DNA of 64,000 nt from Schmidtea polychroa. Its lineage: Eukaryota. The notes below the pieces were generated by a model, which saw only the letters and a program-made list of their open reading frames with translations, had not been told where the DNA came from and did not search any database. The stretch's first letter is position 1. Each line of letters opens with the position of its first letter. Below, piece by piece: positions 8,115 through 23,100 of the stretch. Made by a program: the position numbers and the translations under genes. The stretch spans positions 34,226,001 through 34,290,000 of the forward strand of contig CM097885.1 of the NCBI GenBank assembly GCA_044892525.1, in the 5' to 3' direction.

Positions 8115-8119
8115 AAAAA
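8115..8119 (-). terminator. RNA polymerase III terminator (T5) after tRNA-Phe, present in each unit
   Basis: Minus strand reads ...GGCA-ATTAAA-TTTTT-G: five T starting 7 nt downstream of the discriminator base. Confidence 0.75.
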
Positions 8120-8125
8120 TTTAAT

Positions 8126-8198
8126 TGCCGCGAACCGGGATCGAACCAGTGACCTTTAGATCTTCAGTCTAACGCTCTCCCAACTGAGCTATCGCGGC
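8126..8198 (-). tRNA. tRNA-Phe-GAA: tRNA-Phe(GAA), first copy of the array (repeats every 255 bp)
   Basis: GCCGCGATAGCTCAGTTGGGAGAGCGTTAGACTGAAGATCTAAAGGTCACTGGTTCGATCCCGGTTCGCGGCA: 73 nt; perfect acceptor stem GCCGCGA/TCGCGGC; anticodon loop CTGAAGA; T-loop TTCGATC; intact A and B boxes; no intron; no encoded CCA. Confidence 0.98.
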
Positions 8199-11100
8199 TT
8201 ATTTACAATAACAGACATCAGCTCATCACTGGTAAATTCCACTAGAGCTTTATTTTCAAATTTTCATCAAACACCAATCTTATTTCCAACGTTCAAATTC
8301 ATTATCATTTGAATTCAGATCAATATAATATTTCAATTTCAATATTTGACAAGTGACATAAATTTTTTCAAAAATTTAATTGCCGCGAACCGGGATCGAA
8401 CCAGTGACCTTTAGATCTTCAGTCTAACGCTCTCCCAACTGAGCTATCGCGGCTTATTTACAATAACAGACATCAGCTCATCACTGGTAAATTCCACTAG
8501 AGCTTTATTTTCAAATTTTCATCAAACACCAATCTTATTTCCAACGTTCAAATTCATTATCATTTGAATTCAGATCAATATAATATTTCAATTTCAATAT
8601 TTGACAAGTGACATAAATTTTTTCAAAAATTTAATTGCCGCGAACCGGGATCGAACCAGTGACCTTTAGATCTTCAGTCTAACGCTCTCCCAACTGAGCT
8701 ATCGCGGCTTATTTACAATAACAGACATCAGCTCATCACTGGTAAATTCCACTAGAGCTTTATTTTCAAATTTTCATCAAACACCAATCTTATTTCCAAC
8801 GTTCAAATTCATTATCATTTGAATTCAGATCAATATAATATTTCAATTTCAATATTTGACAAGTGACATAAATTTTTTCAAAAATTTAATTGCCGCGAAC
8901 CGGGATCGAACCAGTGACCTTTAGATCTTCAGTCTAACGCTCTCCCAACTGAGCTATCGCGGCTTATTTACAATAACAGACATCAGCTCATCACTGGTAA
9001 ATTCCACTAGAGCTTTATTTTCAAATTTTCATCAAACACCAATCTTATTTCCAACGTTCAAATTCATTATCATTTGAATTCAGATCAATATAATATTTCA
9101 ATTTCAATATTTGACAAGTGACATAAATTTTTTCAAAAATTTAATTGCCGCGAACCGGGATCGAACCAGTGACCTTTAGATCTTCAGTCTAACGCTCTCC
9201 CAACTGAGCTATCGCGGCTTATTTACAATAACAGACATCAGCTCATCACTGGTAAATTCCACTAGAGCTTTATTTTCAAATTTTCATCAAACACCAATCT
9301 TATTTCCAACGTTCAAATTCATTATCATTTGAATTCAGATCAATATAATATTTCAATTTCAATATTTGACAAGTGACATAAATTTTTTCAAAAATTTAAT
9401 TGCCGCGAACCGGGATCGAACCAGTGACCTTTAGATCTTCAGTCTAACGCTCTCCCAACTGAGCTATCGCGGCTTATTTACAATAACAGACATCAGCTCA
9501 TCACTGGTAAATTCCACTAGAGCTTTATTTTCAAATTTTCATCAAACACCAATCTTATTTCCAACGTTCAAATTCATTATCATTTGAATTCAGATCAATA
9601 TAATATTTCAATTTCAATATTTGACAAGTGACATAAATTTTTTCAAAAATTTAATTGCCGCGAACCGGGATCGAACCAGTGACCTTTAGATCTTCAGTCT
9701 AACGCTCTCCCAACTGAGCTATCGCGGCTTATTTACAATAACAGACATCAGCTCATCACTGGTAAATTCCACTAGAGCTTTATTTTCAAATTTTCATCAA
9801 ACACCAATCTTATTTCCAACGTTCAAATTCATTATCATTTGAATTCAGATCAATATAATATTTCAATTTCAATATTTGACAAGTGACATAAATTTTTTCA
9901 AAAATTTAATTGCCGCGAACCGGGATCGAACCAGTGACCTTTAGATCTTCAGTCTAACGCTCTCCCAACTGAGCTATCGCGGCTTATTTACAATAACAGA
10001 CATCAGCTCATCACTGGTAAATTCCACTAGAGCTTTATTTTCAAATTTTCATCAAACACCAATCTTATTTCCAACGTTCAAATTCATTATCATTTGAATT
10101 CAGATCAATATAATATTTCAATTTCAATATTTGACAAGTGACATAAATTTTTTCAAAAATTTAATTGCCGCGAACCGGGATCGAACCAGTGACCTTTAGA
10201 TCTTCAGTCTAACGCTCTCCCAACTGAGCTATCGCGGCTTATTTACAATAACAGACATCAGCTCATCACTGGTAAATTCCACTAGAGCTTTATTTTCAAA
10301 TTTTCATCAAACACCAATCTTATTTCCAACGTTCAAATTCATTATCATTTGAATTCAGATCAATATAATATTTCAATTTCAATATTTGACAAGTGACATA
10401 AATTTTTTCAAAAATTTAATTGCCGCGAACCGGGATCGAACCAGTGACCTTTAGATCTTCAGTCTAACGCTCTCCCAACTGAGCTATCGCGGCTTATTTA
10501 CAATAACAGACATCAGCTCATCACTGGTAAATTCCACTAGAGCTTTATTTTCAAATTTTCATCAAACACCAATCTTATTTCCAACGTTCAAATTCATTAT
10601 CATTTGAATTCAGATCAATATAATATTTCAATTTCAATATTTGACAAGTGACATAAATTTTTTCAAAAATTTAATTGCCGCGAACCGGGATCGAACCAGT
10701 GACCTTTAGATCTTCAGTCTAACGCTCTCCCAACTGAGCTATCGCGGCTTATTTACAATAACAGACATCAGCTCATCACTGGTAAATTCCACTAGAGCTT
10801 TATTTTCAAATTTTCATCAAACACCAATCTTATTTCCAACGTTCAAATTCATTATCATTTGAATTCAGATCAATATAATATTTCAATTTCAATATTTGAC
10901 AAGTGACATAAATTTTTTCAAAAATTTAATTGCCGCGAACCGGGATCGAACCAGTGACCTTTAGATCTTCAGTCTAACGCTCTCCCAACTGAGCTATCGC
11001 GGCTTATTTACAATAACAGACATCAGCTCATCACTGGTAAATTCCACTAGAGCTTTATTTTCAAATTTTCATCAAACACCAATCTTATTTCCAACGTTCA

Positions 11101-14100
11101 AATTCATTATCATTTGAATTCAGATCAATATAATATTTCAATTTCAATATTTGACAAGTGACATAAATTTTTTCAAAAATTTAATTGCCGCGAACCGGGA
11201 TCGAACCAGTGACCTTTAGATCTTCAGTCTAACGCTCTCCCAACTGAGCTATCGCGGCTTATTTACAATAACAGACATCAGCTCATCACTGGTAAATTCC
11301 ACTAGAGCTTTATTTTCAAATTTTCATCAAACACCAATCTTATTTCCAACGTTCAAATTCATTATCATTTGAATTCAGATCAATATAATATTTCAATTTC
11401 AATATTTGACAAGTGACATAAATTTTTTCAAAAATTTAATTGCCGCGAACCGGGATCGAACCAGTGACCTTTAGATCTTCAGTCTAACGCTCTCCCAACT
11501 GAGCTATCGCGGCTTATTTACAATAACAGACATCAGCTCATCACTGGTAAATTCCACTAGAGCTTTATTTTCAAATTTTCATCAAACACCAATCTTATTT
11601 CCAACGTTCAAATTCATTATCATTTGAATTCAGATCAATATAATATTTCAATTTCAATATTTGACAAGTGACATAAATTTTTTCAAAAATTTAATTGCCG
11701 CGAACCGGGATCGAACCAGTGACCTTTAGATCTTCAGTCTAACGCTCTCCCAACTGAGCTATCGCGGCTTATTTACAATAACAGACATCAGCTCATCACT
11801 GGTAAATTCCACTAGAGCTTTATTTTCAAATTTTCATCAAACACCAATCTTATTTCCAACGTTCAAATTCATTATCATTTGAATTCAGATCAATATAATA
11901 TTTCAATTTCAATATTTGACAAGTGACATAAATTTTTTCAAAAATTTAATTGCCGCGAACCGGGATCGAACCAGTGACCTTTAGATCTTCAGTCTAACGC
12001 TCTCCCAACTGAGCTATCGCGGCTTATTTACAATAACAGACATCAGCTCATCACTGGTAAATTCCACTAGAGCTTTATTTTCAAATTTTCATCAAACACC
12101 AATCTTATTTCCAACGTTCAAATTCATTATCATTTGAATTCAGATCAATATAATATTTCAATTTCAATATTTGACAAGTGACATAAATTTTTTCAAAAAT
12201 TTAATTGCCGCGAACCGGGATCGAACCAGTGACCTTTAGATCTTCAGTCTAACGCTCTCCCAACTGAGCTATCGCGGCTTATTTACAATAACAGACATCA
12301 GCTCATCACTGGTAAATTCCACTAGAGCTTTATTTTCAAATTTTCATCAAACACCAATCTTATTTCCAACGTTCAAATTCATTATCATTTGAATTCAGAT
12401 CAATATAATATTTCAATTTCAATATTTGACAAGTGACATAAATTTTTTCAAAAATTTAATTGCCGCGAACCGGGATCGAACCAGTGACCTTTAGATCTTC
12501 AGTCTAACGCTCTCCCAACTGAGCTATCGCGGCTTATTTACAATAACAGACATCAGCTCATCACTGGTAAATTCCACTAGAGCTTTATTTTCAAATTTTC
12601 ATCAAACACCAATCTTATTTCCAACGTTCAAATTCATTATCATTTGAATTCAGATCAATATAATATTTCAATTTCAATATTTGACAAGTGACATAAATTT
12701 TTTCAAAAATTTAATTGCCGCGAACCGGGATCGAACCAGTGACCTTTAGATCTTCAGTCTAACGCTCTCCCAACTGAGCTATCGCGGCTTATTTACAATA
12801 ACAGACATCAGCTCATCACTGGTAAATTCCACTAGAGCTTTATTTTCAAATTTTCATCAAACACCAATCTTATTTCCAACGTTCAAATTCATTATCATTT
12901 GAATTCAGATCAATATAATATTTCAATTTCAATATTTGACAAGTGACATAAATTTTTTCAAAAATTTAATTGCCGCGAACCGGGATCGAACCAGTGACCT
13001 TTAGATCTTCAGTCTAACGCTCTCCCAACTGAGCTATCGCGGCTTATTTACAATAACAGACATCAGCTCATCACTGGTAAATTCCACTAGAGCTTTATTT
13101 TCAAATTTTCATCAAACACCAATCTTATTTCCAACGTTCAAATTCATTATCATTTGAATTCAGATCAATATAATATTTCAATTTCAATATTTGACAAGTG
13201 ACATAAATTTTTTCAAAAATTTAATTGCCGCGAACCGGGATCGAACCAGTGACCTTTAGATCTTCAGTCTAACGCTCTCCCAACTGAGCTATCGCGGCTT
13301 ATTTACAATAACAGACATCAGCTCATCACTGGTAAATTCCACTAGAGCTTTATTTTCAAATTTTCATCAAACACCAATCTTATTTCCAACGTTCAAATTC
13401 ATTATCATTTGAATTCAGATCAATATAATATTTCAATTTCAATATTTGACAAGTGACATAAATTTTTTCAAAAATTTAATTGCCGCGAACCGGGATCGAA
13501 CCAGTGACCTTTAGATCTTCAGTCTAACGCTCTCCCAACTGAGCTATCGCGGCTTATTTACAATAACAGACATCAGCTCATCACTGGTAAATTCCACTAG
13601 AGCTTTATTTTCAAATTTTCATCAAACACCAATCTTATTTCCAACGTTCAAATTCATTATCATTTGAATTCAGATCAATATAATATTTCAATTTCAATAT
13701 TTGACAAGTGACATAAATTTTTTCAAAAATTTAATTGCCGCGAACCGGGATCGAACCAGTGACCTTTAGATCTTCAGTCTAACGCTCTCCCAACTGAGCT
13801 ATCGCGGCTTATTTACAATAACAGACATCAGCTCATCACTGGTAAATTCCACTAGAGCTTTATTTTCAAATTTTCATCAAACACCAATCTTATTTCCAAC
13901 GTTCAAATTCATTATCATTTGAATTCAGATCAATATAATATTTCAATTTCAATATTTGACAAGTGACATAAATTTTTTCAAAAATTTAATTGCCGCGAAC
14001 CGGGATCGAACCAGTGACCTTTAGATCTTCAGTCTAACGCTCTCCCAACTGAGCTATCGCGGCTTATTTACAATAACAGACATCAGCTCATCACTGGTAA

Positions 14101-17100
14101 ATTCCACTAGAGCTTTATTTTCAAATTTTCATCAAACACCAATCTTATTTCCAACGTTCAAATTCATTATCATTTGAATTCAGATCAATATAATATTTCA
14201 ATTTCAATATTTGACAAGTGACATAAATTTTTTCAAAAATTTAATTGCCGCGAACCGGGATCGAACCAGTGACCTTTAGATCTTCAGTCTAACGCTCTCC
14301 CAACTGAGCTATCGCGGCTTATTTACAATAACAGACATCAGCTCATCACTGGTAAATTCCACTAGAGCTTTATTTTCAAATTTTCATCAAACACCAATCT
14401 TATTTCCAACGTTCAAATTCATTATCATTTGAATTCAGATCAATATAATATTTCAATTTCAATATTTGACAAGTGACATAAATTTTTTCAAAAATTTAAT
14501 TGCCGCGAACCGGGATCGAACCAGTGACCTTTAGATCTTCAGTCTAACGCTCTCCCAACTGAGCTATCGCGGCTTATTTACAATAACAGACATCAGCTCA
14601 TCACTGGTAAATTCCACTAGAGCTTTATTTTCAAATTTTCATCAAACACCAATCTTATTTCCAACGTTCAAATTCATTATCATTTGAATTCAGATCAATA
14701 TAATATTTCAATTTCAATATTTGACAAGTGACATAAATTTTTTCAAAAATTTAATTGCCGCGAACCGGGATCGAACCAGTGACCTTTAGATCTTCAGTCT
14801 AACGCTCTCCCAACTGAGCTATCGCGGCTTATTTACAATAACAGACATCAGCTCATCACTGGTAAATTCCACTAGAGCTTTATTTTCAAATTTTCATCAA
14901 ACACCAATCTTATTTCCAACGTTCAAATTCATTATCATTTGAATTCAGATCAATATAATATTTCAATTTCAATATTTGACAAGTGACATAAATTTTTTCA
15001 AAAATTTAATTGCCGCGAACCGGGATCGAACCAGTGACCTTTAGATCTTCAGTCTAACGCTCTCCCAACTGAGCTATCGCGGCTTATTTACAATAACAGA
15101 CATCAGCTCATCACTGGTAAATTCCACTAGAGCTTTATTTTCAAATTTTCATCAAACACCAATCTTATTTCCAACGTTCAAATTCATTATCATTTGAATT
15201 CAGATCAATATAATATTTCAATTTCAATATTTGACAAGTGACATAAATTTTTTCAAAAATTTAATTGCCGCGAACCGGGATCGAACCAGTGACCTTTAGA
15301 TCTTCAGTCTAACGCTCTCCCAACTGAGCTATCGCGGCTTATTTACAATAACAGACATCAGCTCATCACTGGTAAATTCCACTAGAGCTTTATTTTCAAA
15401 TTTTCATCAAACACCAATCTTATTTCCAACGTTCAAATTCATTATCATTTGAATTCAGATCAATATAATATTTCAATTTCAATATTTGACAAGTGACATA
15501 AATTTTTTCAAAAATTTAATTGCCGCGAACCGGGATCGAACCAGTGACCTTTAGATCTTCAGTCTAACGCTCTCCCAACTGAGCTATCGCGGCTTATTTA
15601 CAATAACAGACATCAGCTCATCACTGGTAAATTCCACTAGAGCTTTATTTTCAAATTTTCATCAAACACCAATCTTATTTCCAACGTTCAAATTCATTAT
15701 CATTTGAATTCAGATCAATATAATATTTCAATTTCAATATTTGACAAGTGACATAAATTTTTTCAAAAATTTAATTGCCGCGAACCGGGATCGAACCAGT
15801 GACCTTTAGATCTTCAGTCTAACGCTCTCCCAACTGAGCTATCGCGGCTTATTTACAATAACAGACATCAGCTCATCACTGGTAAATTCCACTAGAGCTT
15901 TATTTTCAAATTTTCATCAAACACCAATCTTATTTCCAACGTTCAAATTCATTATCATTTGAATTCAGATCAATATAATATTTCAATTTCAATATTTGAC
16001 AAGTGACATAAATTTTTTCAAAAATTTAATTGCCGCGAACCGGGATCGAACCAGTGACCTTTAGATCTTCAGTCTAACGCTCTCCCAACTGAGCTATCGC
16101 GGCTTATTTACAATAACAGACATCAGCTCATCACTGGTAAATTCCACTAGAGCTTTATTTTCAAATTTTCATCAAACACCAATCTTATTTCCAACGTTCA
16201 AATTCATTATCATTTGAATTCAGATCAATATAATATTTCAATTTCAATATTTGACAAGTGACATAAATTTTTTCAAAAATTTAATTGCCGCGAACCGGGA
16301 TCGAACCAGTGACCTTTAGATCTTCAGTCTAACGCTCTCCCAACTGAGCTATCGCGGCTTATTTACAATAACAGACATCAGCTCATCACTGGTAAATTCC
16401 ACTAGAGCTTTATTTTCAAATTTTCATCAAACACCAATCTTATTTCCAACGTTCAAATTCATTATCATTTGAATTCAGATCAATATAATATTTCAATTTC
16501 AATATTTGACAAGTGACATAAATTTTTTCAAAAATTTAATTGCCGCGAACCGGGATCGAACCAGTGACCTTTAGATCTTCAGTCTAACGCTCTCCCAACT
16601 GAGCTATCGCGGCTTATTTACAATAACAGACATCAGCTCATCACTGGTAAATTCCACTAGAGCTTTATTTTCAAATTTTCATCAAACACCAATCTTATTT
16701 CCAACGTTCAAATTCATTATCATTTGAATTCAGATCAATATAATATTTCAATTTCAATATTTGACAAGTGACATAAATTTTTTCAAAAATTTAATTGCCG
16801 CGAACCGGGATCGAACCAGTGACCTTTAGATCTTCAGTCTAACGCTCTCCCAACTGAGCTATCGCGGCTTATTTACAATAACAGACATCAGCTCATCACT
16901 GGTAAATTCCACTAGAGCTTTATTTTCAAATTTTCATCAAACACCAATCTTATTTCCAACGTTCAAATTCATTATCATTTGAATTCAGATCAATATAATA
17001 TTTCAATTTCAATATTTGACAAGTGACATAAATTTTTTCAAAAATTTAATTGCCGCGAACCGGGATCGAACCAGTGACCTTTAGATCTTCAGTCTAACGC

Positions 17101-20100
17101 TCTCCCAACTGAGCTATCGCGGCTTATTTACAATAACAGACATCAGCTCATCACTGGTAAATTCCACTAGAGCTTTATTTTCAAATTTTCATCAAACACC
17201 AATCTTATTTCCAACGTTCAAATTCATTATCATTTGAATTCAGATCAATATAATATTTCAATTTCAATATTTGACAAGTGACATAAATTTTTTCAAAAAT
17301 TTAATTGCCGCGAACCGGGATCGAACCAGTGACCTTTAGATCTTCAGTCTAACGCTCTCCCAACTGAGCTATCGCGGCTTATTTACAATAACAGACATCA
17401 GCTCATCACTGGTAAATTCCACTAGAGCTTTATTTTCAAATTTTCATCAAACACCAATCTTATTTCCAACGTTCAAATTCATTATCATTTGAATTCAGAT
17501 CAATATAATATTTCAATTTCAATATTTGACAAGTGACATAAATTTTTTCAAAAATTTAATTGCCGCGAACCGGGATCGAACCAGTGACCTTTAGATCTTC
17601 AGTCTAACGCTCTCCCAACTGAGCTATCGCGGCTTATTTACAATAACAGACATCAGCTCATCACTGGTAAATTCCACTAGAGCTTTATTTTCAAATTTTC
17701 ATCAAACACCAATCTTATTTCCAACGTTCAAATTCATTATCATTTGAATTCAGATCAATATAATATTTCAATTTCAATATTTGACAAGTGACATAAATTT
17801 TTTCAAAAATTTAATTGCCGCGAACCGGGATCGAACCAGTGACCTTTAGATCTTCAGTCTAACGCTCTCCCAACTGAGCTATCGCGGCTTATTTACAATA
17901 ACAGACATCAGCTCATCACTGGTAAATTCCACTAGAGCTTTATTTTCAAATTTTCATCAAACACCAATCTTATTTCCAACGTTCAAATTCATTATCATTT
18001 GAATTCAGATCAATATAATATTTCAATTTCAATATTTGACAAGTGACATAAATTTTTTCAAAAATTTAATTGCCGCGAACCGGGATCGAACCAGTGACCT
18101 TTAGATCTTCAGTCTAACGCTCTCCCAACTGAGCTATCGCGGCTTATTTACAATAACAGACATCAGCTCATCACTGGTAAATTCCACTAGAGCTTTATTT
18201 TCAAATTTTCATCAAACACCAATCTTATTTCCAACGTTCAAATTCATTATCATTTGAATTCAGATCAATATAATATTTCAATTTCAATATTTGACAAGTG
18301 ACATAAATTTTTTCAAAAATTTAATTGCCGCGAACCGGGATCGAACCAGTGACCTTTAGATCTTCAGTCTAACGCTCTCCCAACTGAGCTATCGCGGCTT
18401 ATTTACAATAACAGACATCAGCTCATCACTGGTAAATTCCACTAGAGCTTTATTTTCAAATTTTCATCAAACACCAATCTTATTTCCAACGTTCAAATTC
18501 ATTATCATTTGAATTCAGATCAATATAATATTTCAATTTCAATATTTGACAAGTGACATAAATTTTTTCAAAAATTTAATTGCCGCGAACCGGGATCGAA
18601 CTAGTGACCTTTAGATCTTCAGTCTAACGCTCTCCCAACTGAGCTATCGCGGCTTATTTACAATAACAGACATCAGCTCATCACTGGTAAATTCCACTAG
18701 AGCTTTATTTTCAAATTTTCATCAAACACCAATCTTATTTCCAACGTTCAAATTCATTATCATTTGAATTCAGATCAATATAATATTTCAATTTCAATAT
18801 TTGACAAGTGACATAAATTTTTTCAAAAATTTAATTGCCGCGAACCGGGATCGAACCAGTGACCTTTAGATCTTCAGTCTAACGCTCTCCCAACTGAGCT
18901 ATCGCGGCTTATTTACAATAACAGACATCAGCTCATCACTGGTAAATTCCACTAGAGCTTTATTTTCAAATTTTCATCAAACACCAATCTTATTTCCAAC
19001 GTTCAAATTCATTATCATTTGAATTCAGATCAATATAATATTTCAATTTCAATATTTGACAAGTGACATAAATTTTTTCAAAAATTTAATTGCCGCGAAC
19101 CGGGATCGAACCAGTGACCTTTAGATCTTCAGTCTAACGCTCTCCCAACTGAGCTATCGCGGCTTATTTACAATAACAGACATCAGCTCATCACTGGTAA
19201 ATTCCACTAGAGCTTTATTTTCAAATTTTCATCAAACACCAATCTTATTTCCAACGTTCAAATTCATTATCATTTGAATTCAGATCAATATAATATTTCA
19301 ATTTCAATATTTGACAAGTGACATAAATTTTTTCAAAAATTTAATTGCCGCGAACCGGGATCGAACCAGTGACCTTTAGATCTTCAGTCTAACGCTCTCC
19401 CAACTGAGCTATCGCGGCTTATTTACAATAACAGACATCAGCTCATCACTGGTAAATTCCACTAGAGCTTTATTTTCAAATTTTCATCAAACACCAATCT
19501 TATTTCCAACGTTCAAATTCATTATCATTTGAATTCAGATCAATATAATATTTCAATTTCAATATTTGACAAGTGACATAAATTTTTTCAAAAATTTAAT
19601 TGCCGCGAACCGGGATCGAACCAGTGACCTTTAGATCTTCAGTCTAACGCTCTCCCAACTGAGCTATCGCGGCTTATTTACAATAACAGACATCAGCTCA
19701 TCACTGGTAAATTCCACTAGAGCTTTATTTTCAAATTTTCATCAAACACCAATCTTATTTCCAACGTTCAAATTCATTATCATTTGAATTCAGATCAATA
19801 TAATATTTCAATTTCAATATTTGACAAGTGACATAAATTTTTTCAAAAATTTAATTGCCGCGAACCGGGATCGAACCAGTGACCTTTAGATCTTCAGTCT
19901 AACGCTCTCCCAACTGAGCTATCGCGGCTTATTTACAATAACAGACATCAGCTCATCACTGGTAAATTCCACTAGAGCTTTATTTTCAAATTTTCATCAA
20001 ACACCAATCTTATTTCCAACGTTCAAATTCATTATCATTTGAATTCAGATCAATATAATATTTCAATTTCAATATTTGACAAGTGACATAAATTTTTTCA

Positions 20101-23100
20101 AAAATTTAATTGCCGCGAACCGGGATCGAACCAGTGACCTTTAGATCTTCAGTCTAACGCTCTCCCAACTGAGCTATCGCGGCTTATTTACAATAACAGA
20201 CATCAGCTCATCACTGGTAAATTCCACTAGAGCTTTATTTTCAAATTTTCATCAAACACCAATCTTATTTCCAACGTTCAAATTCATTATCATTTGAATT
20301 CAGATCAATATAATATTTCAATTTCAATATTTGACAAGTGACATAAATTTTTTCAAAAATTTAATTGCCGCGAACCGGGATCGAACCAGTGACCTTTAGA
20401 TCTTCAGTCTAACGCTCTCCCAACTGAGCTATCGCGGCTTATTTACAATAACAGACATCAGCTCATCACTGGTAAATTCCACTAGAGCTTTATTTTCAAA
20501 TTTTCATCAAACACCAATCTTATTTCCAACGTTCAAATTCATTATCATTTGAATTCAGATCAATATAATATTTCAATTTCAATATTTGACAAGTGACATA
20601 AATTTTTTCAAAAATTTAATTGCCGCGAACCGGGATCGAACCAGTGACCTTTAGATCTTCAGTCTAACGCTCTCCCAACTGAGCTATCGCGGCTTATTTA
20701 CAATAACAGACATCAGCTCATCACTGGTAAATTCCACTAGAGCTTTATTTTCAAATTTTCATCAAACACCAATCTTATTTCCAACGTTCAAATTCATTAT
20801 CATTTGAATTCAGATCAATATAATATTTCAATTTCAATATTTGACAAGTGACATAAATTTTTTCAAAAATTTAATTGCCGCGAACCGGGATCGAACCAGT
20901 GACCTTTAGATCTTCAGTCTAACGCTCTCCCAACTGAGCTATCGCGGCTTATTTACAATAACAGACATCAGCTCATCACTGGTAAATTCCACTAGAGCTT
21001 TATTTTCAAATTTTCATCAAACACCAATCTTATTTCCAACGTTCAAATTCATTATCATTTGAATTCAGATCAATATAATATTTCAATTTCAATATTTGAC
21101 AAGTGACATAAATTTTTTCAAAAATTTAATTGCCGCGAACCGGGATCGAACCAGTGACCTTTAGATCTTCAGTCTAACGCTCTCCCAACTGAGCTATCGC
21201 GGCTTATTTACAATAACAGACATCAGCTCATCACTGGTAAATTCCACTAGAGCTTTATTTTCAAATTTTCATCAAACACCAATCTTATTTCCAACGTTCA
21301 AATTCATTATCATTTGAATTCAGATCAATATAATATTTCAATTTCAATATTTGACAAGTGACATAAATTTTTTCAAAAATTTAATTGCCGCGAACCGGGA
21401 TCGAACCAGTGACCTTTAGATCTTCAGTCTAACGCTCTCCCAACTGAGCTATCGCGGCTTATTTACAATAACAGACATCAGCTCATCACTGGTAAATTCC
21501 ACTAGAGCTTTATTTTCAAATTTTCATCAAACACCAATCTTATTTCCAACGTTCAAATTCATTATCATTTGAATTCAGATCAATATAATATTTCAATTTC
21601 AATATTTGACAAGTGACATAAATTTTTTCAAAAATTTAATTGCCGCGAACCGGGATCGAACCAGTGACCTTTAGATCTTCAGTCTAACGCTCTCCCAACT
21701 GAGCTATCGCGGCTTATTTACAATAACAGACATCAGCTCATCACTGGTAAATTCCACTAGAGCTTTATTTTCAAATTTTCATCAAACACCAATCTTATTT
21801 CCAACGTTCAAATTCATTATCATTTGAATTCAGATCAATATAATATTTCAATTTCAATATTTGACAAGTGACATAAATTTTTTCAAAAATTTAATTGCCG
21901 CGAACCGGGATCGAACCAGTGACCTTTAGATCTTCAGTCTAACGCTCTCCCAACTGAGCTATCGCGGCTTATTTACAATAACAGACATCAGCTCATCACT
22001 GGTAAATTCCACTAGAGCTTTATTTTCAAATTTTCATCAAACACCAATCTTATTTCCAACGTTCAAATTCATTATCATTTGAATTCAGATCAATATAATA
22101 TTTCAATTTCAATATTTGACAAGTGACATAAATTTTTTCAAAAATTTAATTGCCGCGAACCGGGATCGAACCAGTGACCTTTAGATCTTCAGTCTAACGC
22201 TCTCCCAACTGAGCTATCGCGGCTTATTTACAATAACAGACATCAGCTCATCACTGGTAAATTCCACTAGAGCTTTATTTTCAAATTTTCATCAAACACC
22301 AATCTTATTTCCAACGTTCAAATTCATTATCATTTGAATTCAGATCAATATAATATTTCAATTTCAATATTTGACAAGTGACATAAATTTTTTCAAAAAT
22401 TTAATTGCCGCGAACCGGGATCGAACCAGTGACCTTTAGATCTTCAGTCTAACGCTCTCCCAACTGAGCTATCGCGGCTTATTTACAATAACAGACATCA
22501 GCTCATCACTGGTAAATTCCACTAGAGCTTTATTTTCAAATTTTCATCAAACACCAATCTTATTTCCAACGTTCAAATTCATTATCATTTGAATTCAGAT
22601 CAATATAATATTTCAATTTCAATATTTGACAAGTGACATAAATTTTTTCAAAAATTTAATTGCCGCGAACCGGGATCGAACCAGTGACCTTTAGATCTTC
22701 AGTCTAACGCTCTCCCAACTGAGCTATCGCGGCTTATTTACAATAACAGACATCAGCTCATCACTGGTAAATTCCACTAGAGCTTTATTTTCAAATTTTC
22801 ATCAAACACCAATCTTATTTCCAACGTTCAAATTCATTATCATTTGAATTCAGATCAATATAATATTTCAATTTCAATATTTGACAAGTGACATAAATTT
22901 TTTCAAAAATTTAATTGCCGCGAACCGGGATCGAACCAGTGACCTTTAGATCTTCAGTCTAACGCTCTCCCAACTGAGCTATCGCGGCTTATTTACAATA
23001 ACAGACATCAGCTCATCACTGGTAAATTCCACTAGAGCTTTATTTTCAAATTTTCATCAAACACCAATCTTATTTCCAACGTTCAAATTCATTATCATTT

